A stretch of 39,181 nucleotides of DNA from Actinomycetota bacterium (GTDB lineage Bacteria; Actinomycetota; Actinomycetes; Nanopelagicales; Nanopelagicaceae). Below the pieces are notes generated by a model. It was not told where the DNA came from and searched no databases. It worked only from the letters and a program-made list of their open reading frames with translations. The translations under genes were made by a program, and so were the position numbers. Position 1 is the first letter of the stretch, and each line of letters begins with the position of its first letter. The DNA lies in contig JBEANK010000001.1 in NCBI GenBank assembly GCA_041165485.1, positions 1-39,181 on the forward strand, written 5' to 3'. Shown here piece after piece: positions 19,294 to 29,481 of this stretch.

Positions 19294-19716
19294 TTAAGCA
19301 GAAACTACAGAACCGCCGCGCAGTAAATCTGCCGCTGTTTTAGCCAGGGTAAATGGATCGATGGGGTGCACGACTGAGGCTTCAGCCAAGGACCACGCTG
19401 CAAGCCACTTGTCCTCTTTGCGACCTGTGATGACCACGATCGGTGGGCAGTTAAAAACCTCATCCTTAAGCTGGCGGGCAATTCCCATGCCACCCTCTTG
19501 TGCCGCCTCGCCATCGAGGATAAAGAGATCGGCGCGAAAACCACCGGCTAGATTTTTGGAATCTATATATGCACGAAGAGCCGAACCAGTTGCAAACTCA
19601 TGGAGCTCATGTTCTGGAAGATCTTTAGCTGCTCGAACGCCGAGTGCAGAAACGATCGAAGAGCGAACTGAGGAGTCATCGGAGTAGATGATGATCTGTT
19701 TCTTGGTCTCGGGCAT
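19294..19716 (-). CDS. Single-domain, atypical response regulator receiver protein
   Basis: YSDD acidic pair, ILDGEA, GGMGIARQLK, ITGR, HPIDP (His where Lys is canonical). ATG 19716 preferred because TAGAAT lies 6 nt upstream. Confidence 0.8.
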   Translation of the reverse strand: MPETKKQIIIYSDDSSVRSSIVSALGVRAAKDLPEHELHEFATGSALRAYIDSKNLAGGFRADLFILDGEAAQEGGMGIARQLKDEVFNCPPIVVITGRKEDKWLAAWSLAEASVVHPIDPFTLAKTAADLLRGGSVVSA

Positions 19717-19782
19717 GGTCACATTCTATTGAAAAGAAGGCCATCCGCGTTACTCCGGGGACTCTCAAAAACTATGATTTTG

Positions 19783-19800
19783 AGGTGATCCGTTTCACCT
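19783..19800. promoter_or_regulatory. Candidate Crp/GlxR-type operator upstream of ctaE-qcrCAB
   Basis: Palindrome AGGTGA-TCCGTT-TCACCT (GTGA-N6-TCAC). Confidence 0.5.
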
Positions 19801-19876
19801 TCGCAGAGGCAAAAAGTAGGGCTGATGACCGCTGCCCAGGCAGACGCCGAGCCTGTTTTCGGGAATAATCGCCCCT

Positions 19877-20500
19877 ATGTCAAGCGCCGTAGCACACCAC
19901 AAAATCTCTCGTCCCAATGCAGTAGCTGTTGGAACAATCGTTTGGCTCTCCAGTGAGCTGATGTTCTTCGCTGCACTCTTTGCGATGTACTTCACGACTC
20001 GCGCAGTGCAAGGTCCAGCGATCTGGTCTGAGTCGACAGAGCTGCTCAATATTCCTTTTGCTGCGGTCAACACCACCGTTCTGGTGCTTTCATCAGTGAC
20101 CTGTCAGTTCGGCGTCTTCGCAGCTGAGCGTTTCCAAAATCACCGCACCGGAAAGTTGCTCCAAATAAATAAGTGGGGCATGCGTGAATGGTTTGCACTT
20201 ACATTTTTGATGGGCTCATTTTTTATTGCAGGCCAAGTGTACGAATACGCGATGTTGGTTTCAGAAGGTTTAGCACTTTCAACAAATGCCTACAGTTCAG
20301 TTTTCTACATCGCAACTGGTTTCCACGGTTTGCACGTAACTGGTGGACTCATCGCCTTCTTGATCGTGATGGTCCGTGTTGCTAAGGCCCGTCGATTTAC
20401 TCACCAACAAGCAACAACAGCAATTGTAGTTTCGTATTACTGGCACTTCGTCGACGTTGTTTGGATCGCGCTCTTTGCCGCGATTTACCTGATCAAGTAG
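19877..20500 (+). CDS. ctaE: Cytochrome c oxidase subunit III
   Basis: [36 protein letters not shown]. Confidence 0.97.
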   Translation: MSSAVAHHKISRPNAVAVGTIVWLSSELMFFAALFAMYFTTRAVQGPAIWSESTELLNIPFAAVNTTVLVLSSVTCQFGVFAAERFQNHRTGKLLQINKWGMREWFALTFLMGSFFIAGQVYEYAMLVSEGLALSTNAYSSVFYIATGFHGLHVTGGLIAFLIVMVRVAKARRFTHQQATTAIVVSYYWHFVDVVWIALFAAIYLIK

Positions 20501-20512
20501 TAAGGAATATAA

Positions 20513-21304
20513 GTGAAGCGTCTATCCCGCTACCGTCGCCATAAGGCGGCAGGTCCTGCATTGTTGATCTTTGCGTTGCTTGCGATTGGAACAACTTTTA
20601 ACGTTGCCAGTGCACAGACAGCGGCACAAACAACAACCGCCGATCGTTCAGCGCTCATCGAAGAAGGTCGTCAGATCTTTTTGAAGGGTTGCTCTTCATG
20701 TCACGGACTGAACTCGGAAGGTGGTGCGATTGCCCCTTCCCTAGTTGGTGTTGGAGCCGCATCTGTTGATTTTCAAGTAGGCACAGGTCGTATGCCTATG
20801 GCTGATATGAGTACTCAAGCAATGCGCAAAGAGCCTCTCTACACGCCTGAGGAAACAGCGGCGTTAGCTGCTTATGTTGCATCCCTTGCTCCTGGTCCAG
20901 AAATTCCAACTGAGGAGCAACTCAACTACGAACGTGATGGGAGCACCGCTGAAGGTGGAGAACTTTTCCGTAACAACTGCGCGATGTGCCACAACTTTGC
21001 GGGTCAAGGTGGAGCGCTCACACAAGGAAAGTACGCGCCAACATTGATGGGCGTTGAACCAAAACATATTTATGAAGCAATGGTTACTGGCCCACAATCA
21101 ATGCCAGTGTTTAGCGACAAGACAATTACTCCTGAAGAGAAGATGTCAATCATCAAGTGGATCAAGGCTGCAGAGGCTGAACCAAATCTAGGTGGTGCAT
21201 CACTTGGTCGCGTTGGTCCTGTTACTGAAGGTTTGCTTGCATGGACTCTTGGTCTAGGAGTTCTTATTGGTGTTGCTGTGTGGCTAGCGATGAAGGCGAG
21301 ATAA
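20513..21304 (+). CDS. qcrC: Cytochrome bc1 diheme cytochrome c subunit
   Basis: Two heme c motifs, CSSCH and CAMCH; TGRMP, GPQSMP, GPVTEG. Confidence 0.97.
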   Translation: MKRLSRYRRHKAAGPALLIFALLAIGTTFNVASAQTAAQTTTADRSALIEEGRQIFLKGCSSCHGLNSEGGAIAPSLVGVGAASVDFQVGTGRMPMADMSTQAMRKEPLYTPEETAALAAYVASLAPGPEIPTEEQLNYERDGSTAEGGELFRNNCAMCHNFAGQGGALTQGKYAPTLMGVEPKHIYEAMVTGPQSMPVFSDKTITPEEKMSIIKWIKAAEAEPNLGGASLGRVGPVTEGLLAWTLGLGVLIGVAVWLAMKAR

Positions 21305-21308
21305 AAAC

Positions 21309-22304
21309 ATGTCTAATGAAATCGAAGCTATAAAGGATCCAGGACTTCCTGCGCACGTTCACCGCAAAGCAGACCATGATCCAGTTGCTGCAAAGCGTGC
21401 CGAGCGTCAGGTAGCAATCCTCTTCGGAATTTCCGCATTTGGAACCTTGCTACTTATAGTTTCTTATATCTTCATTCCAGATGATCTTTTTGTTTTTATT
21501 CCAGTAATGGGTGATCAGAATGCGCATCAACTTGGGTTAGGCCTTGGCATGGCGATTTCACTTTTCTTTATTGGAATGGGTGCGATTCACTGGGCAAAAA
21601 CTTTGATGCCCGATCAAGAGGTAATTGCGCATCGACATGAGTTTCGTTCCCCAGATTCTGATCGCAAAGAGTTTGTTCAAGCGGTAAAGGATGGAGCCGG
21701 AGCTGCAGGATTAGGGCGTCGTTCCTTAATCAAGCGCTCCCTCGGAGCTGCACTCGGTTTATCTGCACTATCTCCTATCCTCTTGCTCCGTGACTTAGGT
21801 CCACTTCCCGGCAATGAATTGGAAAAGACAACCTGGAAAGCTGGGACTCACTTGGTTACAGATCCAGGAAATCGCCGCATCAAGGCTTCAGATCTTGAGG
21901 TTGGCGCTGTGGCCCAGGTTTTACCTGAAATTGAAGATCCAGAGCATCGCCATCTGAGCGATATCGCAAAGGATGCTGTTCTCTTGATTCGTCTACGCCC
22001 AGATGAGTTCAATCTCGATGCCGAGCGTTTGAGTTGGACTCACGAGGGAATCATCGCTTTTTCCAAGATTTGTTCTCACATGGGTTGCGCGGTTGCTTTG
22101 TATGAACAACAAACTAAGCACCTTTTGTGCCCTTGTCACCAATCAACATTTGATGTGACGAGAGCCGCCAAGGTCATTTTTGGACCTGCGGCCAGACCAC
22201 TTCCGCAGTTAAATATCACAGTGGATGACGAGGGATATCTCGTCGCCCGTACACCTTTCTCCGAACCGGTCGGACCAAGTTTTTGGGAGCGTGACTCACG
22301 ATGA
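21309..22304 (+). CDS. qcrA: Cytochrome bc1 Rieske iron-sulfur subunit
   Basis: Internal Tat-like GRRSLIK after two TMs; CSHMGC and CPCHQS; [10 protein letters not shown]. Confidence 0.97.
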   Translation: MSNEIEAIKDPGLPAHVHRKADHDPVAAKRAERQVAILFGISAFGTLLLIVSYIFIPDDLFVFIPVMGDQNAHQLGLGLGMAISLFFIGMGAIHWAKTLMPDQEVIAHRHEFRSPDSDRKEFVQAVKDGAGAAGLGRRSLIKRSLGAALGLSALSPILLLRDLGPLPGNELEKTTWKAGTHLVTDPGNRRIKASDLEVGAVAQVLPEIEDPEHRHLSDIAKDAVLLIRLRPDEFNLDAERLSWTHEGIIAFSKICSHMGCAVALYEQQTKHLLCPCHQSTFDVTRAAKVIFGPAARPLPQLNITVDDEGYLVARTPFSEPVGPSFWERDSR

Positions 22305-23817
22305 CAGCTGAAGCTCGTTTAGGTCAAGTCGCAAACTATGTAGATGAGCGCACAGGTGCTGCTGCATGGATGAAGAAGAATCTGCAAAAGGTCTTCCCTG
22401 ATCACTGGTCCTTCTTACTGGGTGAGGTCGCTCTTTACTCATTTATAATTCTATTGCTTTCAGGAACTTTCTTAACCTTCTGGTTTGATCCTTCACAACG
22501 TGAAGTGATCTACGAAGGTTCATATGCACCTCTTGAGGGAATCAAGATGTCTGCAGCCTATGCATCGACACTTCATATCTCCTTTGAGGTTCGCGGCGGT
22601 TTATTGATGCGTCAGATTCACCACTGGGCAGCTCTCATCTTTATGGCAGCGATCGTTGCCCACTTAATGCGTGTTTTCTTCACCGGTGCTTTCCGTAAAC
22701 CTCGCGAAGGCAACTGGATCATCGGTGTTGGCCTGTTAACTCTTGGAATTGTTGAAGGTTTCCTTGGTTACTCACTTCCCGATGATCTATTGTCAGGAAC
22801 AGGAATTCGTATCGCCGAAGCGATTATTCAAGCTATTCCGGTGGTTGGTTCTTACCTCGCCTACTTTGCATTTGGTGGAGCTTTTCCTGGAGAAGCATTT
22901 ATTCCACGTATTTACACTGTGCACGTTTTGCTATTGCCTGGTGCCTTCCTTGCGCTCATTACAGCGCACTTGATGTTGGTCTGGTACCAGAAGCACACTC
23001 AGTATCCAGGTCCAGGACGCACGGAAAAGAATGTCGTCGGATATCCATTGATGCCTGTTTACATGGCAAAGGCAGGCGGATTCTTCTTCATCGTCTTTGG
23101 AGTTATCGCATTCCTTTCAGCGGTTGCTTCAATTAATCCGATTTGGTTATACGGTCCATATACGCCGGGACAGATCTCTGCTGGTTCGCAACCCGACTGG
23201 TACATGGGATGGCTCGATGGATTAGTACGTATGGCACCACCACTTGAGTCCCATTACTTTGGATACACAGTTTCCCATTTATCGAAAGTTGGATCACAGG
23301 CGATAAGCGAGAACACCATCTGCTAGATCGTCCGCGTAACGCTCCAAACCGCACAGCCCTTGGTGCTATGTCAATCACCTTTATGATTGTTGCGCTGATT
23401 AACGGCGGAAACGATCTGATTGCTACCCACTTTGATTTATCAATCAATCAAATTATGTGGGGAACTCGTTTTGGCATCTTTATCCTTCCTCCGATCGCTT
23501 TTGTTGTAACAAAGCGACTCTGTCTCTCGCTCCAGCGCGCAGATCGTGAATTGGTTCTGCATGGCCGTGAAACAGGCCGTTTGTTACGTCTTCCACATGG
23601 AGAGTTTGTTGAAGTACATGAGCCAATCTCACCAGAGAAGGCTTACCTTCTAACCTCACATGAACAAGCACCCGCACTTGAGCTTCCTGAAGTTGATGCT
23701 CGTGGCGTTAAGCGCGCCGGAGCGATTAGAAACAAGATTCGCTCTCGTATGAGTGTTGCCCACTCTGAAGCCATTCCTAAGGTCTCAGCCAATGATCTCA
23801 AGGAGATCGAGCACTAA
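22301..23817 (+). pseudogene. qcrB: Cytochrome b subunit QcrB, split into 22301-23326 and ~23275-23817 by an internal deletion and frameshift
   Basis: N part has [27 protein letters not shown] up to GYTVS (23275). QcrB sequence resumes in another frame at 23275 as [24 protein letters not shown]...; the intervening TM helix is absent. Confidence 0.88.
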
Positions 23818-24668
23818 CCTCTGATTACAAGCCAAACACCCAGGGCGGTTATTCCTATACCAAGGAAGCCTTGGGTGTTTACTTTTTCTCCAAAAAGAAA
23901 AAATGCTTCAATCGCGGTGGCTGGTGGAACTAAATAGAAGAGCGATGAGACCGATGCGGCACTTCCCGAATTGAGCAGCCATAAAAGCAGCAGAATTGCA
24001 CCCACTGATAAAACGAGAACGAGCCACACAAAGGCTGCGGTAAAGCGCGAGCTCCACGTTATGTGAGTGTTTCCAGTAGCCAGGGCGATTATGCCTAGCA
24101 CCAAACCCGTGCAGAGATATTGATAAGCAGTCCCTGCAACAAGTGGAATACCGACACCCACCCGCTTCTGCAGAAGGGTTGCTGTTGTGCTTCCGATAAG
24201 AGCTACGACGATTGCGAAGATACCTGCGGTTGGAATCTCAGAGTTAAATGATGGTCCGAGCACAAGAATGGTTCCACACAAACCAAGAAGCAATCCTGCC
24301 AGCTGCGAAATTCGCAACTGCTCCCCCAGAACCTTGACCGCAAAGATTGAAACCAGAACTGGTTGAAGGCTTGTGACGACCGCAGCTACACCCGCTGGTA
24401 GTCCTTGAGAGATTGAGTAGAAGACACCGCCGAGATAACAGGCATGTAGAAAAAATCCGATTATTGAAGAGCGTGCAATCGCACTGCGTCCGATCAGTAC
24501 CGGCATTTTTAATAAGTAAGCAATTACAAAGAGAAGTGCCGCTGCGATCAAGACGCGAACCGCTAGGAATACAAATGGATCGGCGTACGGTAAGCCGTAC
24601 TTAGCTCCTACAAACCCTGTGCTCCATAAAAGAACAAAGAGCGCTGGAGCAAATCGGGCTAACTTCAA
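23814..24668 (-). CDS. EamA/DMT family transporter
   Basis: LWSTGF..AK, SLQP, duplicated five-TM EamA repeat, YLVPP; probable TTG start at 24668 overlapping the upstream stop. Confidence 0.9.
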   Translation of the reverse strand: MKLARFAPALFVLLWSTGFVGAKYGLPYADPFVFLAVRVLIAAALLFVIAYLLKMPVLIGRSAIARSSIIGFFLHACYLGGVFYSISQGLPAGVAAVVTSLQPVLVSIFAVKVLGEQLRISQLAGLLLGLCGTILVLGPSFNSEIPTAGIFAIVVALIGSTTATLLQKRVGVGIPLVAGTAYQYLCTGLVLGIIALATGNTHITWSSRFTAAFVWLVLVLSVGAILLLLWLLNSGSAASVSSLFYLVPPATAIEAFFLFGEKVNTQGFLGIGITALGVWLVIRG

Positions 24669-25138
24669 CCTTCGCTGATCGCCTTCAGGGCTACTAAAGA
24701 CTTTGCCATCCACTTTGGGTTATGAGCCATCGCACCCGTAGTTTTCAACCACCATCTGGCAAAGGCTGGGATGTTACTGGCATCAAATGATTCAGTAACA
24801 ACGGTTTGGGAATCGGAAATCGCATGTAACTCATAACACCAAGTCCACTTCATGAGATGGCACCAGGTGATTTTTTTATTCTCTTCGAATGCAACAACCG
24901 TGTTTTTGATGCGATACGGAACCTTGATCTTCATCGCCATTCCGAACTTTGCACCTAGAAAGAGACGCTTAGGTCCAGAGATGGATCGCTGAATGGTCCC
25001 CGAACCATCAAATCGTTGATGGGCAGCGGGATTTGCTAATAGATCAAAGATCACATGAGCGGGTGCGTTGATAGTTATTCGCGCTGCAGAGGTATTTGGA
25101 AAATCAATTGCCAGAATTTCAGCGCGCGGCGTGCTCAT
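24665..25138 (-). CDS. SRPBCC (START-like) family protein
   Basis: ITINAPAHVIFDLLANP..H..FDGSG, VVAFEE...ITW, W.YEL, TVVTESFD. Confidence 0.85.
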   Translation of the reverse strand: MSTPRAEILAIDFPNTSAARITINAPAHVIFDLLANPAAHQRFDGSGTIQRSISGPKRLFLGAKFGMAMKIKVPYRIKNTVVAFEENKKITWCHLMKWTWCYELHAISDSQTVVTESFDASNIPAFARWWLKTTGAMAHNPKWMAKSLVALKAISEG

Positions 25139-25542
25139 TAGTGAGCAGAAACAGTCTCTGGCTTCTCATACTCTGTAACCATTCCGATTATGGAGATTAC
25201 AAGTGCGCCAAGCCCGATGAGTGAGAGCCACCAACCAATGACAAGTCCAAGTGCAAATACGCAAGCGCTCATCGCAACAGGTAGCGGCCACCAAGAGTGA
25301 GGGCTGTAGAAACCAAGCTCCCCTGCTCCATCAGAGATTTCAGCGGTTAAGTTATCTTCCGGAAGTGTTACACCGATTCGTTTTTGCGTGAACCAGACAT
25401 AGAAGCCAACCATTCCTGCCAAACAGGCAGATAGCAGCATTCCGGCGATGCCGACCTCTTCTCCGCCGACCTGCCAGTAAATGACAGTCATAAGTACATA
25501 GAAAACACTTAATCCGCCAAATAACTTCCAGGATGCTTTCAT
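25138..25542 (-). CDS. ctaF: Cytochrome c oxidase subunit 4 (actinobacterial)
   Basis: PED...AEISDGAGELGFYSPHSWWP motif; follows ctaD. Confidence 0.95.
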   Translation of the reverse strand: MKASWKLFGGLSVFYVLMTVIYWQVGGEEVGIAGMLLSACLAGMVGFYVWFTQKRIGVTLPEDNLTAEISDGAGELGFYSPHSWWPLPVAMSACVFALGLVIGWWLSLIGLGALVISIIGMVTEYEKPETVSAH

Positions 25543-25545
25543 CGC

Positions 25546-27201
25546 TTAATTGTGCCCTTCAGTCTTTACATGCGGATAGTGAAGATCAAATGCAGGTCGT
25601 TCAGATGAGATACGAGGCATTGAGAGGAAGTTATGGCGAGGTGGAGGACATGATGTCGCCCATTCCAAAGAGGAACCGTAACCCCAAGGATCATCGACGC
25701 CGACAAGTGGTGCCTTGCGAGTGATCCAGATATTTATTGCGAACGGAATCATGGAAAGAGCCAACAGGAAGGAACCGATCGTAGAAACGGTATTCATAAA
25801 TGTAAAGCCATCTGTTGGCAGATAATCTGCGTAACGACGTGGGAAACCCTTAATTCCTAACCAGTGTTGGATCAAGAAGGTTAAATGGAAACCAAAGAAC
25901 AAGGTCCAGAAGTGAATCTTTCCTAGAGTTTCGTTGAGCATACGGCCGGTCATCTTTGGCCACCAGAAGTAGAAGCCTCCAAACATCGCAAACACTACTG
26001 TTCCAAAGAGAACGTAGTGGAAGTGTGCGACTACGAAGTAGCTAGCTGACACTGCGAAATCAAGTGGTGGTGAGGCAAGGATGATTCCTGTTAAACCGCC
26101 GAACAAGAAGGTGATTAAGAAGCCCATGACCCACAACATTGGGGTTTCAAAGGTTACGTGACCACGCCACATTGTTCCAATCCAGTTGAAGAACTTCACA
26201 CCTGTTGGAACACCAATGAGGAATGTCATGAATGAGAAGAACGGTAGTAGTACCTGGCCACTTGCGAACATGTGGTGCGCCCACACAGAGACAGAAAGCG
26301 CTGAGATTGCAATTGTTGCTGCAATCAAACCTAAGTAACCAAAGATTGGCTTGCGACTAAACACAGGCAAAATTTCTGTCGCGATCCCAAAGAATGGCAA
26401 CGCCAAAATATAAACTTCCGGGTGCCCGAAGAACCAGAACAAGTGCTGGAACAACATCACGCCACCATTTGCTGGGTCAAAGAGATGAGTTCCATACAAA
26501 CGATCCGCCTCTAGGCCAAGTAGTGCCGCCGCTAGAGGTGGGAATGCGAGAAGTACCAAGATGGCGGTAAGCAAAACATTCCATGAAAAGATTGACATGC
26601 GGAACATGGTCATTCCCGGAGCGCGCATAGTAAAGATCGTTGTAATGAAGTTAACGCCGCCCAAAATTGTTCCAACGCCACTAATAGCTAAGCCGATCAA
26701 CCAGAGATCTGAACCGATTCCTGGTGAGTATTGAGCATTTGAAAGTGGGGCGTAAACCGTCCAACCAAATGATGCAGCTCCTCCTGGCGAAAGAAAACCT
26801 CCGAAAGCCATGATGGAACCGAAGAAGTAGAGCCAGTACGAAAGCATGTTGAGGCGTGGGAAGGCCACATCCGCTGCACCAATTTGAAGTGGCATGATCA
26901 CATTGGCAAATCCAACGAACAGGGGTGTTGCAAACATAAGCAACATAATTGTTCCGTGCATTGTGAAAATCTGGTTGTACTGCTCATTACTTACAAACTG
27001 CATTCCTGGTCGCGCTAATTCTGCACGCAGGGCAAGGGCAAGGACTCCTCCGATAAGGAACCATGCGAATGATGTCATCAGATAGAGGTAACCGATTGTC
27101 TTGTGGTCAGTTGAAGTTATCCACTTAACAAATGATCTTCCCTTGGGGGTAGGTGCTGGACGACCTGCGGTCATTGTTGGCTTCTCTGCATAGGTTGTCA
27201 T
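25546..27201 (-). CDS. ctaD: Cytochrome c oxidase subunit I (A1 type)
   Basis: [48 protein letters not shown]. Confidence 0.99.
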   Translation of the reverse strand: MTTYAEKPTMTAGRPAPTPKGRSFVKWITSTDHKTIGYLYLMTSFAWFLIGGVLALALRAELARPGMQFVSNEQYNQIFTMHGTIMLLMFATPLFVGFANVIMPLQIGAADVAFPRLNMLSYWLYFFGSIMAFGGFLSPGGAASFGWTVYAPLSNAQYSPGIGSDLWLIGLAISGVGTILGGVNFITTIFTMRAPGMTMFRMSIFSWNVLLTAILVLLAFPPLAAALLGLEADRLYGTHLFDPANGGVMLFQHLFWFFGHPEVYILALPFFGIATEILPVFSRKPIFGYLGLIAATIAISALSVSVWAHHMFASGQVLLPFFSFMTFLIGVPTGVKFFNWIGTMWRGHVTFETPMLWVMGFLITFLFGGLTGIILASPPLDFAVSASYFVVAHFHYVLFGTVVFAMFGGFYFWWPKMTGRMLNETLGKIHFWTLFFGFHLTFLIQHWLGIKGFPRRYADYLPTDGFTFMNTVSTIGSFLLALSMIPFAINIWITRKAPLVGVDDPWGYGSSLEWATSCPPPRHNFLSMPRISSERPAFDLHYPHVKTEGHN

Positions 27202-27959
27202 GCTTGGCCTCCCTTAATAGTTTCAAGATATGCGTCGTACTCTGCAGGTGTTACTACCTTTACGGTGAACAACATTTGCGAGTGATTACGTCCACACAAA
27301 ATATTGCAACGACCCGGGAACTCACCCAACTTATTGGCGGTGAATTCTAGATAGTTGGTTACTCCTGGAAGATTTTGCATTTGGATCATGAAGGCTGGAA
27401 TCCAGAAACCATGGACAACATCATTTGCAGTCAGTGTGTAGCGAACGCGCTCACCGAGTGGCACAACCAATGTTGGTGTTTGCTCAGGTGTTCCGGTTAC
27501 TACAGCCTTCGGTCCTGCTTCTGGGTAACCAAACTGCCAAGACCACTGAATTCCCTCAACGGTAATTTCATGGGCATACGTTGTTGTCTTTTCAGTGATT
27601 ATTGTTTGCTTCTGAGCTGTGTAGTAAAACAAGACCGCCACGATAATAAATGGGATTACTGTGTAAGCAACTTCAACAGGTACGTTGTACTGAGTTTGCT
27701 TTGGAAATGATGGATCGTCCTTCTTGCCACGATGAAAAATCGCTGGCCAAACAATTAAAATTAAAGTGAATACACCGACAACTCCAGCCGCGATCCATGC
27801 ACCTTGCCATAAGGACAAAGATTGATCGTTAACACTTGTAACGCCCTCCTCAAAACCTAGGCCTGATACCTTTGAACAACCAGTTAGTAATGCGAGCGGG
27901 GCCAGAGGCAGGAGCGGCTTGAGGCGGCTCAATCGAGTCAATCGGTTACGTCGGGACAT
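27198..27959 (-). CDS. ctaC: Cytochrome c oxidase subunit II
   Basis: Lipobox LTGC, two TMs, [15 protein letters not shown], CuA motif [12 protein letters not shown]. Confidence 0.96.
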   Translation of the reverse strand: MSRRNRLTRLSRLKPLLPLAPLALLTGCSKVSGLGFEEGVTSVNDQSLSLWQGAWIAAGVVGVFTLILIVWPAIFHRGKKDDPSFPKQTQYNVPVEVAYTVIPFIIVAVLFYYTAQKQTIITEKTTTYAHEITVEGIQWSWQFGYPEAGPKAVVTGTPEQTPTLVVPLGERVRYTLTANDVVHGFWIPAFMIQMQNLPGVTNYLEFTANKLGEFPGRCNILCGRNHSQMLFTVKVVTPAEYDAYLETIKGGQA

Positions 27960-28016
27960 AGGGCAAGGATAGTTTGAAAAGCCACTGAGCGTGGCACGAG
28001 CCTAAACTCGGCGAGG

Positions 28017-28032
28017 GGTGGCACTGCTCACA
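28017..28032. promoter_or_regulatory. Candidate Crp/GlxR-type operator upstream of ctaC-ctaD-ctaF
   Basis: Minus strand TGTGA-GCAGTG-CCACC. Confidence 0.4.
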
Positions 28033-29007
28033 CTACTTGAGGTGGGAAGCGATCTCCGCAGCAGCATCTTTTCCATAGGCCTCTTCAAAACGGGCAACAA
28101 ACTCTGCAGAGGTAAATCGATACTCCTGGGTTCCCAAGGTTTCAATGACATAGGTAGCGATTAACGCACCTAATTGAGCGCACCGTTCATGAGAAAGCCC
28201 CCAGGCAAGCCCTGCAATAAATCCGGAACGAAAAGAATCTCCAACACCTGTTGGATCGGTTTTGGATTTCTCCTTCGGGCAGGTGACTTGGACAAACTCC
28301 CCTGTCCCACTTTCAACCTTTGCTCCCTTAGAACCGAGTGTTACTACCCGATACTTCACACGGTCAAGAATTTCGCGGTCACTCCAGCCCGTCTTTTGCA
28401 TAGCTAGCGCCAGCTCATACTCATTGAGAAACAGGTATGAGGCACCATCGATGAGCAACTTAATCTCCTCACCCGTCATGCGCGCCATTTGTTGGGATGG
28501 GTCAGCTGCAAATGGAATTTTCAATTGACGACACACTTCAGAGTGACGAAGCATCGCTTCCGGGTCATCAGGGGAAATCACCATCATGTCTAAACGCCCG
28601 GTCTTTTCCATAATTGGAGTTAATTCAATATTGCGCGCCTCCGACATGGCCCCTGGGAAAAATGATGCGATCTGATTGAGATCCTGATCGGTTGTCACTA
28701 CGAAATGTGCGGTGTGCAAAGTAGTTGAAACCAATGCGTGAGATGTATCAACCCCGTGGCGCGTTAACCACGCTTCGTAATCTGCCCAATCCTTACCAAC
28801 CGCTGCGATTAAAATTGGGTTTAATCCAAGAACACCCATTCCATAAGCGATATTGGCTGCGCATCCTCCCCGACGAACATCCAAACTATCTACGAGGAAG
28901 CTCAGTGAGACTTTTTCAAGAGAGCCAGCGACAAGTGAATCGGTGAACTTTCCGGAGAAAGTCATCAAGTGATCAAGACCAACCGAACCCGCTACACCGA
29001 TTTTCAT
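28033..29007 (-). CDS. adoK: PfkB family kinase, adenosine kinase (Rv2202c type)
   Basis: VSLSFLVD, RRGGCAANIA, DPSQQ, NEYE, DPTGVGDSFR; syntenic with ctaC. Confidence 0.85.
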   Translation of the reverse strand: MKIGVAGSVGLDHLMTFSGKFTDSLVAGSLEKVSLSFLVDSLDVRRGGCAANIAYGMGVLGLNPILIAAVGKDWADYEAWLTRHGVDTSHALVSTTLHTAHFVVTTDQDLNQIASFFPGAMSEARNIELTPIMEKTGRLDMMVISPDDPEAMLRHSEVCRQLKIPFAADPSQQMARMTGEEIKLLIDGASYLFLNEYELALAMQKTGWSDREILDRVKYRVVTLGSKGAKVESGTGEFVQVTCPKEKSKTDPTGVGDSFRSGFIAGLAWGLSHERCAQLGALIATYVIETLGTQEYRFTSAEFVARFEEAYGKDAAAEIASHLK

Positions 29008-29038
29008 GTAGGGATACTAATCCCTAAAGAAGGATTAC

Positions 29039-29386
29039 TTAGTTAAAGGAATCGCCGCATGCACAAGATCCTTGTGCGTTGGGATTATCAATTGTGAAGC
29101 CTTGCTTCTCAATTGTGTCTACAAAATCAATAGTTGCACCTGAAAGATATGGATCTGACATTTTGTCGGTGATGACCTTGACCGCGCCAAATTCACGCAC
29201 GATATCGCCTTCCATATTGCGATCATCAAAGTACAGCTGGTACTTAAGGCCAGAGCAACCACCAGGTTGGACAGCCACACGAAGGTTGAGATCATCGCGA
29301 CCTTCTTGCGCAAGCAGGGCAGCCACCTTTGATGCAGCTACATCCGTTAAAAGGATTCCTGTTGTGGTTGTTGCTTCTGTTGTCAT
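29039..29386 (-). CDS. erpA: HesB/IscA/ErpA family Fe-S cluster carrier
   Basis: GGCSG and NPNAQGSCACGDSF; AAGGAG RBS. Confidence 0.93.
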   Translation of the reverse strand: MTTEATTTTGILLTDVAASKVAALLAQEGRDDLNLRVAVQPGGCSGLKYQLYFDDRNMEGDIVREFGAVKVITDKMSDPYLSGATIDFVDTIEKQGFTIDNPNAQGSCACGDSFN

Positions 29387-29481
29387 TTTCGTTCTCCTTT
29401 ATTGACTACACGGTAAGCCTACTCCCCGTGAGGGGCTGCAGCGAGTCGAGCCATATGAGAGTCGGGCTCTATAGTTGCCCC

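Noticed and set aside
23268-23280. Programmed -1 frameshift at GTTTCCCATTT in qcrB
   Set aside because: The TTTCCCA run is not in the X-XXY-YYZ register of the upstream frame, and a slip would still leave a TM helix missing; a deletion explains it better.
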